From Zavarzinia sp. (GTDB lineage: Bacteria > Pseudomonadota > Alphaproteobacteria > Zavarziniales > Zavarziniaceae): DNA of 64,000 bases. The notes beneath the pieces are model-generated. The model did no database searches, was not told the origin of the DNA, and saw only the letters and a program-made list of their open reading frames with translations. The stretch lies in NCBI GenBank assembly GCA_025869435.1, contig JAOZVS010000089.1, forward strand, positions 3,744-67,743. Reading direction: 5' to 3'. The position numbers were made by a program, and so were the translations under genes. Positions 49,494 to 58,556 of the stretch are shown here, piece after piece; within the stretch, counting starts at the first letter, position 1; each line of letters begins with the position of its first letter.

Positions 49494-50786
49494 ATGAGCC
49501 GCAAAGCCTCCCTGGTACCGCTGCTGCGGGACCGGCAGTGGCTCGTCGAGCGCCTGGATTCAACCTTGCCCGCTTGCCGGTGCTGCATACTGGTCATCAA
49601 GATCGTCGGCCTTTCGAACATCGAGGACCTGCTGGGATTCGGCGGCCGGGAACTCGTGATCGAGGGCGTGGGCCGGCGCCTCGGCGAGAGTCTCGGCGAT
49701 ACGCCGATCGGCCATCTCTTCGCCAGCGAGTTCTTCGCCCTGATCGAATCGCCGCGCAACAATGGCGAAGTCGCCGCCCTGGTCGGGCGCGCCCTGGCCT
49801 GCACCACGGAGCCGATCACGGCCGGCGACGCGCAGGTTCGGGTCGATATCCGGGTGGGCGTGGTTTTCTCGCCCGAACATGGTCAGTCGAGCGATATCCT
49901 GCTGTCGCGGGCGATCACCGCGCTCAACGCGGCGAGCCGTCAGCGCCAGCCGGTGGTTTATTTCGATGAAGAGATCAACCGCAACGCGCGCGAGCGCGCG
50001 GCGACCCATGCCGAATTGCGCCGGGCCCTGACCGAAGGCCAGTTCGAGCTGTATTTTCAGCCCAAGGCCGCCCTGCCCGCCCATCAGCTGGTGGGGTTCG
50101 AGGCCTTGCTGCGCTGGCGGCAACCGGGCCACGGCATCGTGCCGCCGGCGACCTTCGTGCCGTTGGCCGAGGAAACCGGCCTCATCCGGGAAATCGACGC
50201 CTGGGTGGCCGAGCAGGCCTGCGCCGCCATCCAGCGCATCAACGGCGCGCTCGGCGCCGATTACAGCATCTCGGTCAATGCCTCCGCCATGGCGCTGGAA
50301 TCAGGCGATTACATCCGCCATCTGCGCCAGCTGATCGCCGACAACAATATTCCGGTCGAATGGCTGGAGGTCGAGATGACCGAAACGACGATCGGCGAGG
50401 ACACGGTCGCGGCGGCGGCCATGCTGGCCGAATGCCGGGCCCTCGGCATCAAGGTTTCGATCGACGATTTCGGCATCGGCTATTCGTCGCTGCACCGTCT
50501 GCGCCACTTCCCGGTCACCGGCCTGAAGATCGACCGTTCCTTCGTCGGGGAGCTGGGGCAATCGAATGTCGCCCGGCTGATCATCCGGGCGACCATCGAA
50601 CTGGGCCATGCCATGGGCCTCGAGATCATCGCCGAGGGGGTCGAGACCGTGTCCCAGGCCGAGGATCTGGCCCTGCTCGGCGTCGATGTCTATCAGGGCT
50701 ATATTCTGTCCCGCCCCCTGCCGGAGGCGGAACTGATGCGCTGGATCCGCGCGCAGGATCTGGGGGCGCTGCCGCTCCTGCGCTGA
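49494..50786 (+). CDS. Degenerate-GGDEF/EAL c-di-GMP phosphodiesterase
   Basis: GGDEF replaced by FASEF; intact YFQPK, FEALLRW, DDFGIGYSSL, LKIDRSF, AEGVET, QGY. Confidence 0.9.
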   Translation: MSRKASLVPLLRDRQWLVERLDSTLPACRCCILVIKIVGLSNIEDLLGFGGRELVIEGVGRRLGESLGDTPIGHLFASEFFALIESPRNNGEVAALVGRALACTTEPITAGDAQVRVDIRVGVVFSPEHGQSSDILLSRAITALNAASRQRQPVVYFDEEINRNARERAATHAELRRALTEGQFELYFQPKAALPAHQLVGFEALLRWRQPGHGIVPPATFVPLAEETGLIREIDAWVAEQACAAIQRINGALGADYSISVNASAMALESGDYIRHLRQLIADNNIPVEWLEVEMTETTIGEDTVAAAAMLAECRALGIKVSIDDFGIGYSSLHRLRHFPVTGLKIDRSFVGELGQSNVARLIIRATIELGHAMGLEIIAEGVETVSQAEDLALLGVDVYQGYILSRPLPEAELMRWIRAQDLGALPLLR

Positions 50787-50809
50787 CCGCGCCCCCATCC
50801 CGGATCAGA

Positions 50810-50929
50810 TCACTTCTGGGCGATCTTGCGTTTGGGCGACTCGTCGTCGACCAGTTCGTACCACATGGCGTTGAGGACGGCGAAGGCGGCCGCGAGCGGC
50901 AGGCCGAGCATCCAGGCGAAATACCACAT
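50810..50929 (-). CDS. cydX: Cytochrome bd oxidase small subunit CydX
   Basis: MWYFAWMLGLPLAAAFAVLNAMWYE; SD AAGGAG. Confidence 0.95.
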   Translation of the reverse strand: MWYFAWMLGLPLAAAFAVLNAMWYELVDDESPKRKIAQK

Positions 50930-50955
50930 ATCGTTTCTCCTTGTTTCTCGGCCGC

Positions 50956-52110
50956 TCAGTAGGCGTGACCGCCCTTGCGGGTGATGGACTCCGGCCGGAC
51001 CTTGCCCCACAGCACCTTGTAGACCCAGGCGGTATAGGCGAGGACCATCGGCAGGAAGATCAGGGTGACCACCAGCATGATGAACAGCGTCATGTGGCTG
51101 GACGAGGCATCGAACACGGTCAGGCTGGCCTTCGGATCGATCGACGACGGCAGGATGAAGGGGAACATCGAGACGCCGACGGTCGAGATAATGCCGAAGA
51201 TCGACAGTTTGCTGGCCAGCAGGGTCAGCCCCTCCCTGCGCGCGCCGAAGCCGACGAAGGTCAGGAACGCCCCGCCAAGGCCAAGGGCCGGGGCGATCAG
51301 CAGCCAGGAATGGGCGCCATAATTGGCGAACCAGGCCCCCGGCAACACGGCAGCTTCCTTCAGCAGCGGGTTGGACGGGCCGGCGCCGTCAACCACACTG
51401 GTGATCGCATAGCCGTCGACGAAGAAATAGAGCGCGACGCCGCCCAGGACAAAGAGCAGGAAGCTGGAGAACGACGCGAGCTGGCCATAGGCCCGCGCCC
51501 GTTCGGCCACACGGCCCTCGGTCTTCAGCACGAGCCAGGCCGCCCCATGGGTGACCAGCATGGCGACCGAGAGCAGGCCGCACAGCAGGGCGTAAGGGTT
51601 GAGCAGGCCAAAGAACGTGCCGTCGTAGAAGATGCGCAGGTCGTCGTCGAGGCGGAAGGGCACGCCCTGCAGCACATTGCCGACGGCGACGCCAAAGATC
51701 AGCGACGGCACGAAACCACCGATGAACAGCGCCCAGTCCCAGCCGCTGCGCCAGGCCGCGCTGTCACGCTTGCTGCGATACTTGAAACCCACGGGCCGCA
51801 GGATCAGCGCCGCCAGAATGGCGAACATGGCGAGATAGAAGCCCGAGAAGGACACGGCGTAAAGCGGCGGCCAGGCGGCGAAAATGGCGCCGCCCCCGAG
51901 GATCAGCCACACCTGGTTGCCTTCCCACACCGGGCCGATGGTGTTGATCACCACCCGGCGCTCGATATCGGTCTTGCCGACGAAGGGCAGCAGCGCGCCG
52001 ACGCCGAGGTCGAAACCATCGGTCGCGGCGAAGCCGATCAGCAGCACGCCCAGCAGCACCCACCAGATGAGGCGCAGGGTTTCGTAGTCGATGAGTTGAT
52101 GGAGGATCAT
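50956..52110 (-). CDS. cydB: Cytochrome bd ubiquinol oxidase subunit II
   Basis: DGFDLGVG, GPVWEGNQVWL, LRPVGFKYRSK. Confidence 0.97.
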   Translation of the reverse strand: MILHQLIDYETLRLIWWVLLGVLLIGFAATDGFDLGVGALLPFVGKTDIERRVVINTIGPVWEGNQVWLILGGGAIFAAWPPLYAVSFSGFYLAMFAILAALILRPVGFKYRSKRDSAAWRSGWDWALFIGGFVPSLIFGVAVGNVLQGVPFRLDDDLRIFYDGTFFGLLNPYALLCGLLSVAMLVTHGAAWLVLKTEGRVAERARAYGQLASFSSFLLFVLGGVALYFFVDGYAITSVVDGAGPSNPLLKEAAVLPGAWFANYGAHSWLLIAPALGLGGAFLTFVGFGARREGLTLLASKLSIFGIISTVGVSMFPFILPSSIDPKASLTVFDASSSHMTLFIMLVVTLIFLPMVLAYTAWVYKVLWGKVRPESITRKGGHAY

Positions 52111-52115
52111 GTCGG

Positions 52116-53693
52116 TTACTCCGCGGGCACGATGGCAGGCGAGATCAGCTCGGCCTGCGGGTCGGTGTCGTCTTCGGGGCCTTTCCGGATGGCTTTCAGC
52201 ATCAGGCCCATCTCGATGACGATGAGGGTGGTGTAGAGCGCGACGAAGCCGACGATGGTCAGCAGCAGGGTTCCGGCGCCCAGGCTGGACACCGCCGCCG
52301 CCGTCGGCAGCACGCCTTCGATGATCCAGGGCTGGCGGCCGAATTCGGCGACGAACCAGCCGAGTTCCGCCGCGAGCCAGGGCAGCGGGATCGACAGCAC
52401 GGCGACGCGCAGCAGCCAGCGCCGGGCCAGCAGGTTGCGCCGGGCCGACAGGACGAAGAACACGCCGGTCAGCAGGATGAAGAAGAAGCCGAGGCCGACC
52501 ATGATGCGGAAGCCCCAGAACAGCGGCGCGACCTGCGGCACCGTATCCCAGGCCGCCTTCGAGATCTGTTCGGGCGTCGCCGCCGCCGGATTGTCGGTAT
52601 AGCGCTTCAGGAGAAGGGCATAGCCGAGATTGACGCCATTGTCCTCGAAGGCCGCCTGGGCCACCGGATCGACGGCCTTGGCCTTGCCGGCGGCGCGGAT
52701 CTTCACCAGGGCGTCATAGGCGATCATGCCGCTCCTGATGCGGTCCTCGGCCTTGACCACCAGGTCCTTGATGCCCGGCAGTTCGTCGGTCAGCGAGCGG
52801 GTGGCGATCAGGCCCATGACCGCGGGGATCTTCACCGCGTAATGGGTCTCGCGCGCTTCCTGGTCGGGGAAGCCGATCAGGGTGAAGGCGGCGGGGGCGG
52901 TTTCCGTTTCCCACATGCCTTCCATGGCGGCGAGTTTCATCTTCTGGTGCTCGTTGGCGAGATAGCCGCTTTCATCGCCGAGGACGACGACCGACAGCGA
53001 AGCCGCGAGACCGAACGAGGCGGCGACCGTCATCGAGCGCTTGGCGAGGTCGACGTGCCTTCCCTTCAGCGCGTACCAGGCCGAGACGCCAAGGACGAAG
53101 ATCGACGCCGTGACATAGCCGGCCGAGACCGTGTGGACGAATTTCGCCTGGGCCACCGGGTTGAACAGCACGTCGAAGAAATTCGAGACTTCCATCCGCA
53201 TGGTCTGGATGTTGAAGGTCGAACCGATCGGGTTCTGCATCCAGCCGTTGGCGATCAGGATCCACAGCGCCGAGAGGTTGGAGCCGAGCGCCACCGCCCA
53301 GGTGGCGGTCAGATGCCCGACCTTCGACATGCGGTCCCAGCCGAAGAAGAACAGGCCGACGAAGGTCGCCTCGAGGAAGAAGGCCATCAGGCCTTCGATC
53401 GCCAGCGGGGCGCCGAAGATATCACCGACGTAATGGCTGTAGTAACTCCAGTTCATACCGAACTGGAATTCCATGACGATACCGGTGGCGACACCCAGCA
53501 CGAAATTGATGCCGAACAGCGTGCCCCAGAATTTCGTCATCTGCCGCCAGATCGGGCGACCGGTCATGACATAGACCGTCTCCATGATGGCGAGCAGAAT
53601 GGACAGCCCGAGGGTTAGAGGCACGAATAGAAAATGATACAGCGCCGTCATGGCGAACTGCAGGCGTGAAAGCCCTACGATATCCAGTTCCAT
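52116..53693 (-). CDS. cydA: Cytochrome bd ubiquinol oxidase subunit I
   Basis: RLQFAMTALYHFLFVPLT, EFQFGMNW, ANGWMQNP, KLAAME, EFGRQPW; long Q-loop. Confidence 0.97.
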   Translation of the reverse strand: MELDIVGLSRLQFAMTALYHFLFVPLTLGLSILLAIMETVYVMTGRPIWRQMTKFWGTLFGINFVLGVATGIVMEFQFGMNWSYYSHYVGDIFGAPLAIEGLMAFFLEATFVGLFFFGWDRMSKVGHLTATWAVALGSNLSALWILIANGWMQNPIGSTFNIQTMRMEVSNFFDVLFNPVAQAKFVHTVSAGYVTASIFVLGVSAWYALKGRHVDLAKRSMTVAASFGLAASLSVVVLGDESGYLANEHQKMKLAAMEGMWETETAPAAFTLIGFPDQEARETHYAVKIPAVMGLIATRSLTDELPGIKDLVVKAEDRIRSGMIAYDALVKIRAAGKAKAVDPVAQAAFEDNGVNLGYALLLKRYTDNPAAATPEQISKAAWDTVPQVAPLFWGFRIMVGLGFFFILLTGVFFVLSARRNLLARRWLLRVAVLSIPLPWLAAELGWFVAEFGRQPWIIEGVLPTAAAVSSLGAGTLLLTIVGFVALYTTLIVIEMGLMLKAIRKGPEDDTDPQAELISPAIVPAE

Positions 53694-53811
53694 GTCGATC
53701 AACGCCGGCTTTCCCGGCGTCCTCCTTGAATGTTTCGCCCGTTGCCGGACGACAAAGCCACAGACTCTTGTTTTCCCTCACCTCCGGCCCGGGGGCCGGC
53801 CAGCAACTCTC

Positions 53812-55503
53812 CTAACCGGCCCGCAGGCCGGCCAGCATCTCGTCGTAACCAGGCTCGCCCCTGCGGGCCTCGCGCTGGATACCGCCGCCGCCGACGGCGA
53901 TCAGCCGGTCGGCCAGCGCGGCCTCGCGGCGCAAATGGGTGGCGATCACCAGGGTTCGGCCTTCGACCGCCGCGGCCAGCCGGGCCAGCACATCGGTCGC
54001 GACCGCGCCATCCAGCGCCTCGGTCGGCTCGTCCAGCAGCCACAGGGGCACCGGCCGCAGCAGCAGTCGGGCCAGCGCCAGCCGCCGCGCCTGGCCGCCG
54101 GACAGACCAAGGCCGCCGTCGCCGAGCCGGCTGGCGAGACCGAGCGGCAGGGCGCGCACGTCATCGCCCAGCCCCGCTGCCCGCAACGCCGCCCAAAGCT
54201 CGCCATCGCCCGCCTTCGGGTTGGCGAGGCGCAGATTGCCGGCCAGCGTGTCGCGGAACAATTCGCTGCGCTGGGTCAGCAAGGCCGAGGGCAGCGTGGC
54301 GATACTTCCCGAGAGCTGCGGCAACTCCCCGGCGATCGCCTGCATCAGGCTGGATTTCCCCGCCCCGCTCGGCCCGATCAGGGCGACCCGCTCGCCGATG
54401 GTGATGGCAAGGTCGAGGGCGGTCAGCACCGGCGTCGTGGCCCCTTCATGCCGGCAGGTGGCCCCCGTGATCTGGACCGCCAGCCGAACATTCGTCGGCA
54501 GGGGCATGACCGCGGGAACAGGCGGCGCCAGCAATGTCGGCGCCAGCCGGTCGATGGCGAGAAGGCTGCGGCCGATCTCGACCGCGCCCCGGCGCAAGGC
54601 GGTGAAAGGCTCCATCGCGGCGAGCGCGATCAGCAGGGCGAGGGCGGCCACCGGCGCGCCGATCACAGCCCTCTCGACCAGCAGGGCCGAGGCCAGCAGG
54701 ACACCGACGAGGCCGAGGCTGCCGGCGGCACCCAGCAGGAAGCCGGCCCCGGTCTCGATCCGGTTCAGACGATCGTCGGCCGCGGCGAGATAGGCATCGG
54801 CCTTGATCGCCGCCGCGTGTTGAGCCGGCAGGCGTCCCGCCAGCAGAAGGTCGGTCTGGCCATCGACCAGATCGATCACCCGCGCCCGCAGCGCTTCAAG
54901 GCCAAGCGCGCGGCGCCGCGCCGCGCGTCGCCCGGCGAAGGCCGCCAGCAGCGGCACGCCAAGTCCGGCCAGCAACAGGAACAGGGCGAAGCCGAGGCCC
55001 AGCGGCCCGGCGATGAACGACAGGGCGACGCCCGCGACCAGCGCCGCGCCAACCGCGGCGAAGGCCGGCACGCCAAGACGCAGGTAAAGCGACTCGAGGG
55101 CATCGATATCGCTGGTCAGGCGGAACAGCAGGCGCCCGGGCCGTGCCAGCAGGCCGCGCGCCGCCCCAGGCAGGGCGAAGGCGCGGAACAGCCGGACGCG
55201 CAGGGTCGCGAGCACGCCAAGGGTGGCATCATGGGTCACCAGCCGCTCGCCATAGCGGGCCGCGGTGCGCACCAGGGCCAGCAGCCGGATGCCGGCCGCC
55301 GGGGCGAAAACGTCGAACACCAGCGCCGTGGCGGGAACGAGACCGGCCAGCGCCGTCGCCGTGATGAACCAGCCCGACAGGCCCAGCAGGGCGACTCCGG
55401 CCAGCACCGTCGCCACCGCCAGCACGGCGCCCGCCGCCAGGCGGCCCCGGTTGTTTTCCGCCAGCAGGCGCAGGATGGGAACGATGAAGGGCAGCGCGCT
55501 CAT
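53812..55503 (-). CDS. cydC: ABC transporter subunit CydC
   Basis: GLSGWFI, RYGERLVTHDATL, GPSGAGKS, LSGGQARR, LLDEPTE. Confidence 0.92.
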   Translation of the reverse strand: MSALPFIVPILRLLAENNRGRLAAGAVLAVATVLAGVALLGLSGWFITATALAGLVPATALVFDVFAPAAGIRLLALVRTAARYGERLVTHDATLGVLATLRVRLFRAFALPGAARGLLARPGRLLFRLTSDIDALESLYLRLGVPAFAAVGAALVAGVALSFIAGPLGLGFALFLLLAGLGVPLLAAFAGRRAARRRALGLEALRARVIDLVDGQTDLLLAGRLPAQHAAAIKADAYLAAADDRLNRIETGAGFLLGAAGSLGLVGVLLASALLVERAVIGAPVAALALLIALAAMEPFTALRRGAVEIGRSLLAIDRLAPTLLAPPVPAVMPLPTNVRLAVQITGATCRHEGATTPVLTALDLAITIGERVALIGPSGAGKSSLMQAIAGELPQLSGSIATLPSALLTQRSELFRDTLAGNLRLANPKAGDGELWAALRAAGLGDDVRALPLGLASRLGDGGLGLSGGQARRLALARLLLRPVPLWLLDEPTEALDGAVATDVLARLAAAVEGRTLVIATHLRREAALADRLIAVGGGGIQREARRGEPGYDEMLAGLRAG

Positions 55504-57149
55504 GATGCCTGCCCCGCCAGCATGATCTGCCGGTCCATGGCGGCGATCAGCACCGGATCATGAGTCGCGAGAATCAGCGTCCGCCCCTCGGCCAGGGCGA
55601 GAAGGCCCGTGGTCACTTCCGCCGCCGTCGCGCGGTCGAGATGGGCCGTCGGCTCGTCGGCGATGACAAGCCCAAGGCCCGGCGTCGCCGCCGCCCGCGC
55701 GATGGCGAGCCGAAGCTGCTCGCCGCCCGAAAGACCGCCGCCGCCTTCGCCAAGGTCGCGGGTCGCGGCCGATCCGGCGACCCCCTGCAGCCGCGCCAGG
55801 GCCACGGCGTCGAGCACGGCCGGGAGATCGACACAAGGCCGGCCAAGGGCGATGTTGCCCCGGACGGTGCCGGCGAAGAAATGCGGGCGCTGGCCGATCC
55901 AGGCGATGCGGCCGCGCAGTTGGGCGGCGGTCCCGGCGGTCAGCGCCGTGCCGCCCAGGACGATCGCCCCCGACTCCGCCGGGGCAAGGCCGACGATCAA
56001 CGACAGAAGGGTGGACTTGCCCGACCCCGAAGGCGCGGTCAGCGCGACATGCTCGCCCGGCCGGATCGACAGGCTGAAATCCGCGAACACAGGTTCAGCG
56101 GCGCCTTCGTGCCGGAAATGAAGATGGCTGATCTCGACACCGGGCACGGCCCCTGCCCCCCCCACCGCCTCGTCGAGGGCACCGGGCACTTCAAGACCGG
56201 GCGCCGCCAGCCGCGCCAGGCTTTCCTCGGCGGCGACACCGGCCGCGCGGTCGTGCCAGACGGCCGAGAGATCGCGCAGCGGCTCGAAGAAGGCGGGCGC
56301 GAGCATGAGGATGAACAGGCCCTGCCCGAGGTCGAGCTTGCCGCCCCAGGCGCCGAATTCGAGCTGGCCCAGCAGGTGAAAGCCGACATAGACCGCGACC
56401 ATGGCAACGCCCAGTGCCGAGAACAGCTCGAGCACCGCCGAAGACAGGAAAGCGATGCGCAGCACCGCCATGGTGCGTTGTTGCAGGCCCCGGGCACTGG
56501 CCGCCAGCCGCTCGGCCGTCGCCTCGATGGCGCCGAGGCCGCGAATGGTGGCGAGGCCCCGCAGCCGATCGAGCAGAAAGGCGTTCATGCCGCCCATCTC
56601 GATCATCTGCGCTTCGCTCGCCGCCTTGGCACGCCAGCCGACCAGCGCCATGAACACCGGAATCAGCGGCGCCGCGAGCAGCAGAATCAGCGCCGCCAGC
56701 CAGGATTGGCTGAACACGGCCGCCAGAATCAGCGGCGGCACCAGGGCGACCCGCAGGCGCACCGGCTGGAACCGCGAGAGATAGGGCAGCAGGGTTTCCG
56801 CCTGTTCGGCCAGCACCGAGGCGGCAAGCCCGGCCGGATGCCGCCGGGGATCGAGGGGGGAGCCGGTCGCCAGCCGACGCAGGGCATGGCTCCGGGCCTC
56901 GCCCAGCAGATGCCGCGCCCGCCGATAGGACAGCCGCACCCCCGCCGCTTCCGCCAGCGGCCGCAGGAGGCCGAGGCCAAGCACGAGCGCCGCCGGCACC
57001 AGGACATCGCCAAGCCCGCCGCCCGCGGCCAGGCGCTGCACGGCATGGGCCAGCAGCGCCGCCTGCGGCAGCCAGATCAGCGCGGCCAGGACGGAAAGCA
57101 GGCTTCCCGCCTCCAAGCGGCGAACAGTCGGGGTACGGGCCACGGTCAT
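55500..57149 (-). CDS. cydD: ABC transporter subunit CydD
   Basis: FLLDRLRGLATI, RTMAVLRIAFLSSAVLELF, APAFFEPLR, PSGSGKS, LSGGEQ. Confidence 0.93.
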   Translation of the reverse strand: MTVARTPTVRRLEAGSLLSVLAALIWLPQAALLAHAVQRLAAGGGLGDVLVPAALVLGLGLLRPLAEAAGVRLSYRRARHLLGEARSHALRRLATGSPLDPRRHPAGLAASVLAEQAETLLPYLSRFQPVRLRVALVPPLILAAVFSQSWLAALILLLAAPLIPVFMALVGWRAKAASEAQMIEMGGMNAFLLDRLRGLATIRGLGAIEATAERLAASARGLQQRTMAVLRIAFLSSAVLELFSALGVAMVAVYVGFHLLGQLEFGAWGGKLDLGQGLFILMLAPAFFEPLRDLSAVWHDRAAGVAAEESLARLAAPGLEVPGALDEAVGGAGAVPGVEISHLHFRHEGAAEPVFADFSLSIRPGEHVALTAPSGSGKSTLLSLIVGLAPAESGAIVLGGTALTAGTAAQLRGRIAWIGQRPHFFAGTVRGNIALGRPCVDLPAVLDAVALARLQGVAGSAATRDLGEGGGGLSGGEQLRLAIARAAATPGLGLVIADEPTAHLDRATAAEVTTGLLALAEGRTLILATHDPVLIAAMDRQIMLAGQAS

Positions 57150-57153
57150 GCCA

Positions 57154-57222
57154 TCAACCCACAGGCACCCGGTAGGTGGCCGCCAGGGCAAGGAAGACCG
57201 GAAAATGGAGCGGAGGATTCAT
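57154..57222 (-). CDS. Candidate 22-aa uORF (MNPPLHFPVFLALAATYRVPVG) coupled to cydD
   Basis: GGAG 8 nt before the ATG; TGA ends 4 nt before the cydD ATG, which has no SD of its own. Confidence 0.45.
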   Translation of the reverse strand: MNPPLHFPVFLALAATYRVPVG

Positions 57223-57245
57223 GGGGTTGGCTCCACGCTCGCCGC

Positions 57246-57296
57246 AATTTCAATTATTATTGAAATTACAGTATGCGCATATGATGACAGGAACAA
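57246..57296 (-). promoter_or_regulatory. cyd operon promoter candidate with palindromic operator
   Basis: Minus-strand TTGTTC-N17-TACTGT; perfect inverted repeat AATTTCAAT-TATT-ATTGAAATT at 57246-57267 over the predicted start site. Confidence 0.7.
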
Positions 57297-57452
57297 GCGC
57301 AGCGCGCCCTGCGACATTCTCGTTTGACGGGTGGATGGTTTCAGGTCCGGCGGCACCCTGACGGGGCGGGCCGGGAGTGAATTCTTGACGCGCGACCAGT
57401 ATCGCCGGTCCGCCGCCACGGGAACGCCTGGGGTTCTGTCAAACCCGCCGCG

Positions 57453-57884
57453 TTACAGGGGGCTTGCCGGCCCGATGTTACCGGGCACGATCGCCCGCGC
57501 GGCGGGAGGCCCACGCGGCTGGACGTCGGCGACATGGATCAGGTCCGGCGCAGTGAGGGGCTGCTGGTGCCAGTCCGATTGGCCATATCCCCCGGGCACG
57601 ACCAGCGCCAGGGTGAAAGGAAGAAGCCCGAGGCCGGCGACGGCCTGGGTGATGCAGATCTGACAGTCGTGGCCCGGCAAAGCCGGCGCGGGCCGGTCGG
57701 CCGGCGCCTTTCCGCCAGTACTGCAAAGCGCCTCGAGAGCCGCCTGCAACGCGGCCAGCGAATTGATGCGGCCGCCATGCATGGGCGACAGCGGCGCGAT
57801 CACCTGCAGACACAGGGCAAGACCGGCCAGCAGCGCCATCATGTGACGCCGGCCGGTGTGCCGATATGCCGAAAGTGACCGCAT
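57453..57884 (-). CDS. DUF2946-like (CruR/CutF-type) protein with CxxC and RGPP motifs
   Basis: Basic N-terminus plus hydrophobic LALCLQVIAP, LCSTGG, HDCQIC, Pro-rich spacer, QPRGPP near the C-terminus. Confidence 0.78.
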   Translation of the reverse strand: MRSLSAYRHTGRRHMMALLAGLALCLQVIAPLSPMHGGRINSLAALQAALEALCSTGGKAPADRPAPALPGHDCQICITQAVAGLGLLPFTLALVVPGGYGQSDWHQQPLTAPDLIHVADVQPRGPPAARAIVPGNIGPASPL

Positions 57885-58059
57885 GGAGTACATTCCACCG
57901 CTTTGACGCTTCCGAGGTAAGCCTGCCCGCCGCCTTCCGGCAATGGGACAGAACCGCGCAGCGACGCAAGCGCGCAGCGACAGATGGGCGCGGCACGGGG
58001 CCCGATCCCCGCGCGGCGCACGCCCCCGCCCTGCGGGAAGATCAACGCCGGCCCTATTC

Positions 58060-58088
58060 CAATTTATATTTTACGATTATATATAATG
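58060..58088. promoter_or_regulatory. AT-rich promoter/operator upstream of the YeeE/YedE pair
   Basis: AATTTATATTTTACGATTATATATAAT island containing TATAT-N9-ATATA and a TATAAT hexamer. Confidence 0.5.
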
Positions 58089-58117
58089 AAACAGACCAGC
58101 CGAAACGGGGCACAGCC

Positions 58118-58540
58118 ATGGAACAATTCATTTCGCCGACCATCGGGGGCGCGCTGATCGCGCTGTCCGCCATCCTCATGATGGGGATGATGGGGCGAAT
58201 CACCGGGATCAGCGGCATTCTCGGCACCCTGTTGCCGCCCGCCCCGGCGAGGGGCGGCGAAGCCGTCTGGCGCATCGCCTTCATCGCCGGCCTGCTGGGC
58301 GGCCCGCTGCTGCTTCAGGCCGTCACCGGCGAGAGCGGCATCGGTGCCCCCGTCGTCGGCCTGCCGATGATGATCGTCGCCGGCTTCATCGTCGGCGTCG
58401 GCACCGCGCTGGGCTCGGGCTGCACCTCGGGCCATGGCATCTGCGGCCTGTCGCGCCTGTCGAAGCGCAGCTTCGTCGCCGTCGGCACCTTCATGGCGAC
58501 CGGCGTCGCGACCGTCTTCGTCGTCCGTCACCTTCTCTGA
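58118..58540 (+). CDS. YeeE/YedE-family sulfur transporter subunit
   Basis: [29 protein letters not shown]. Confidence 0.92.
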   Translation: MEQFISPTIGGALIALSAILMMGMMGRITGISGILGTLLPPAPARGGEAVWRIAFIAGLLGGPLLLQAVTGESGIGAPVVGLPMMIVAGFIVGVGTALGSGCTSGHGICGLSRLSKRSFVAVGTFMATGVATVFVVRHLL

Positions 58541-58556
58541 TCCTGGGGCAACCATC

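Noticed and set aside
57219-57419. 66-aa ORF between the DUF2946-like gene and cydD
   Set aside because: It runs through the AT-rich promoter and operator with atypical codons and no recognisable motif.
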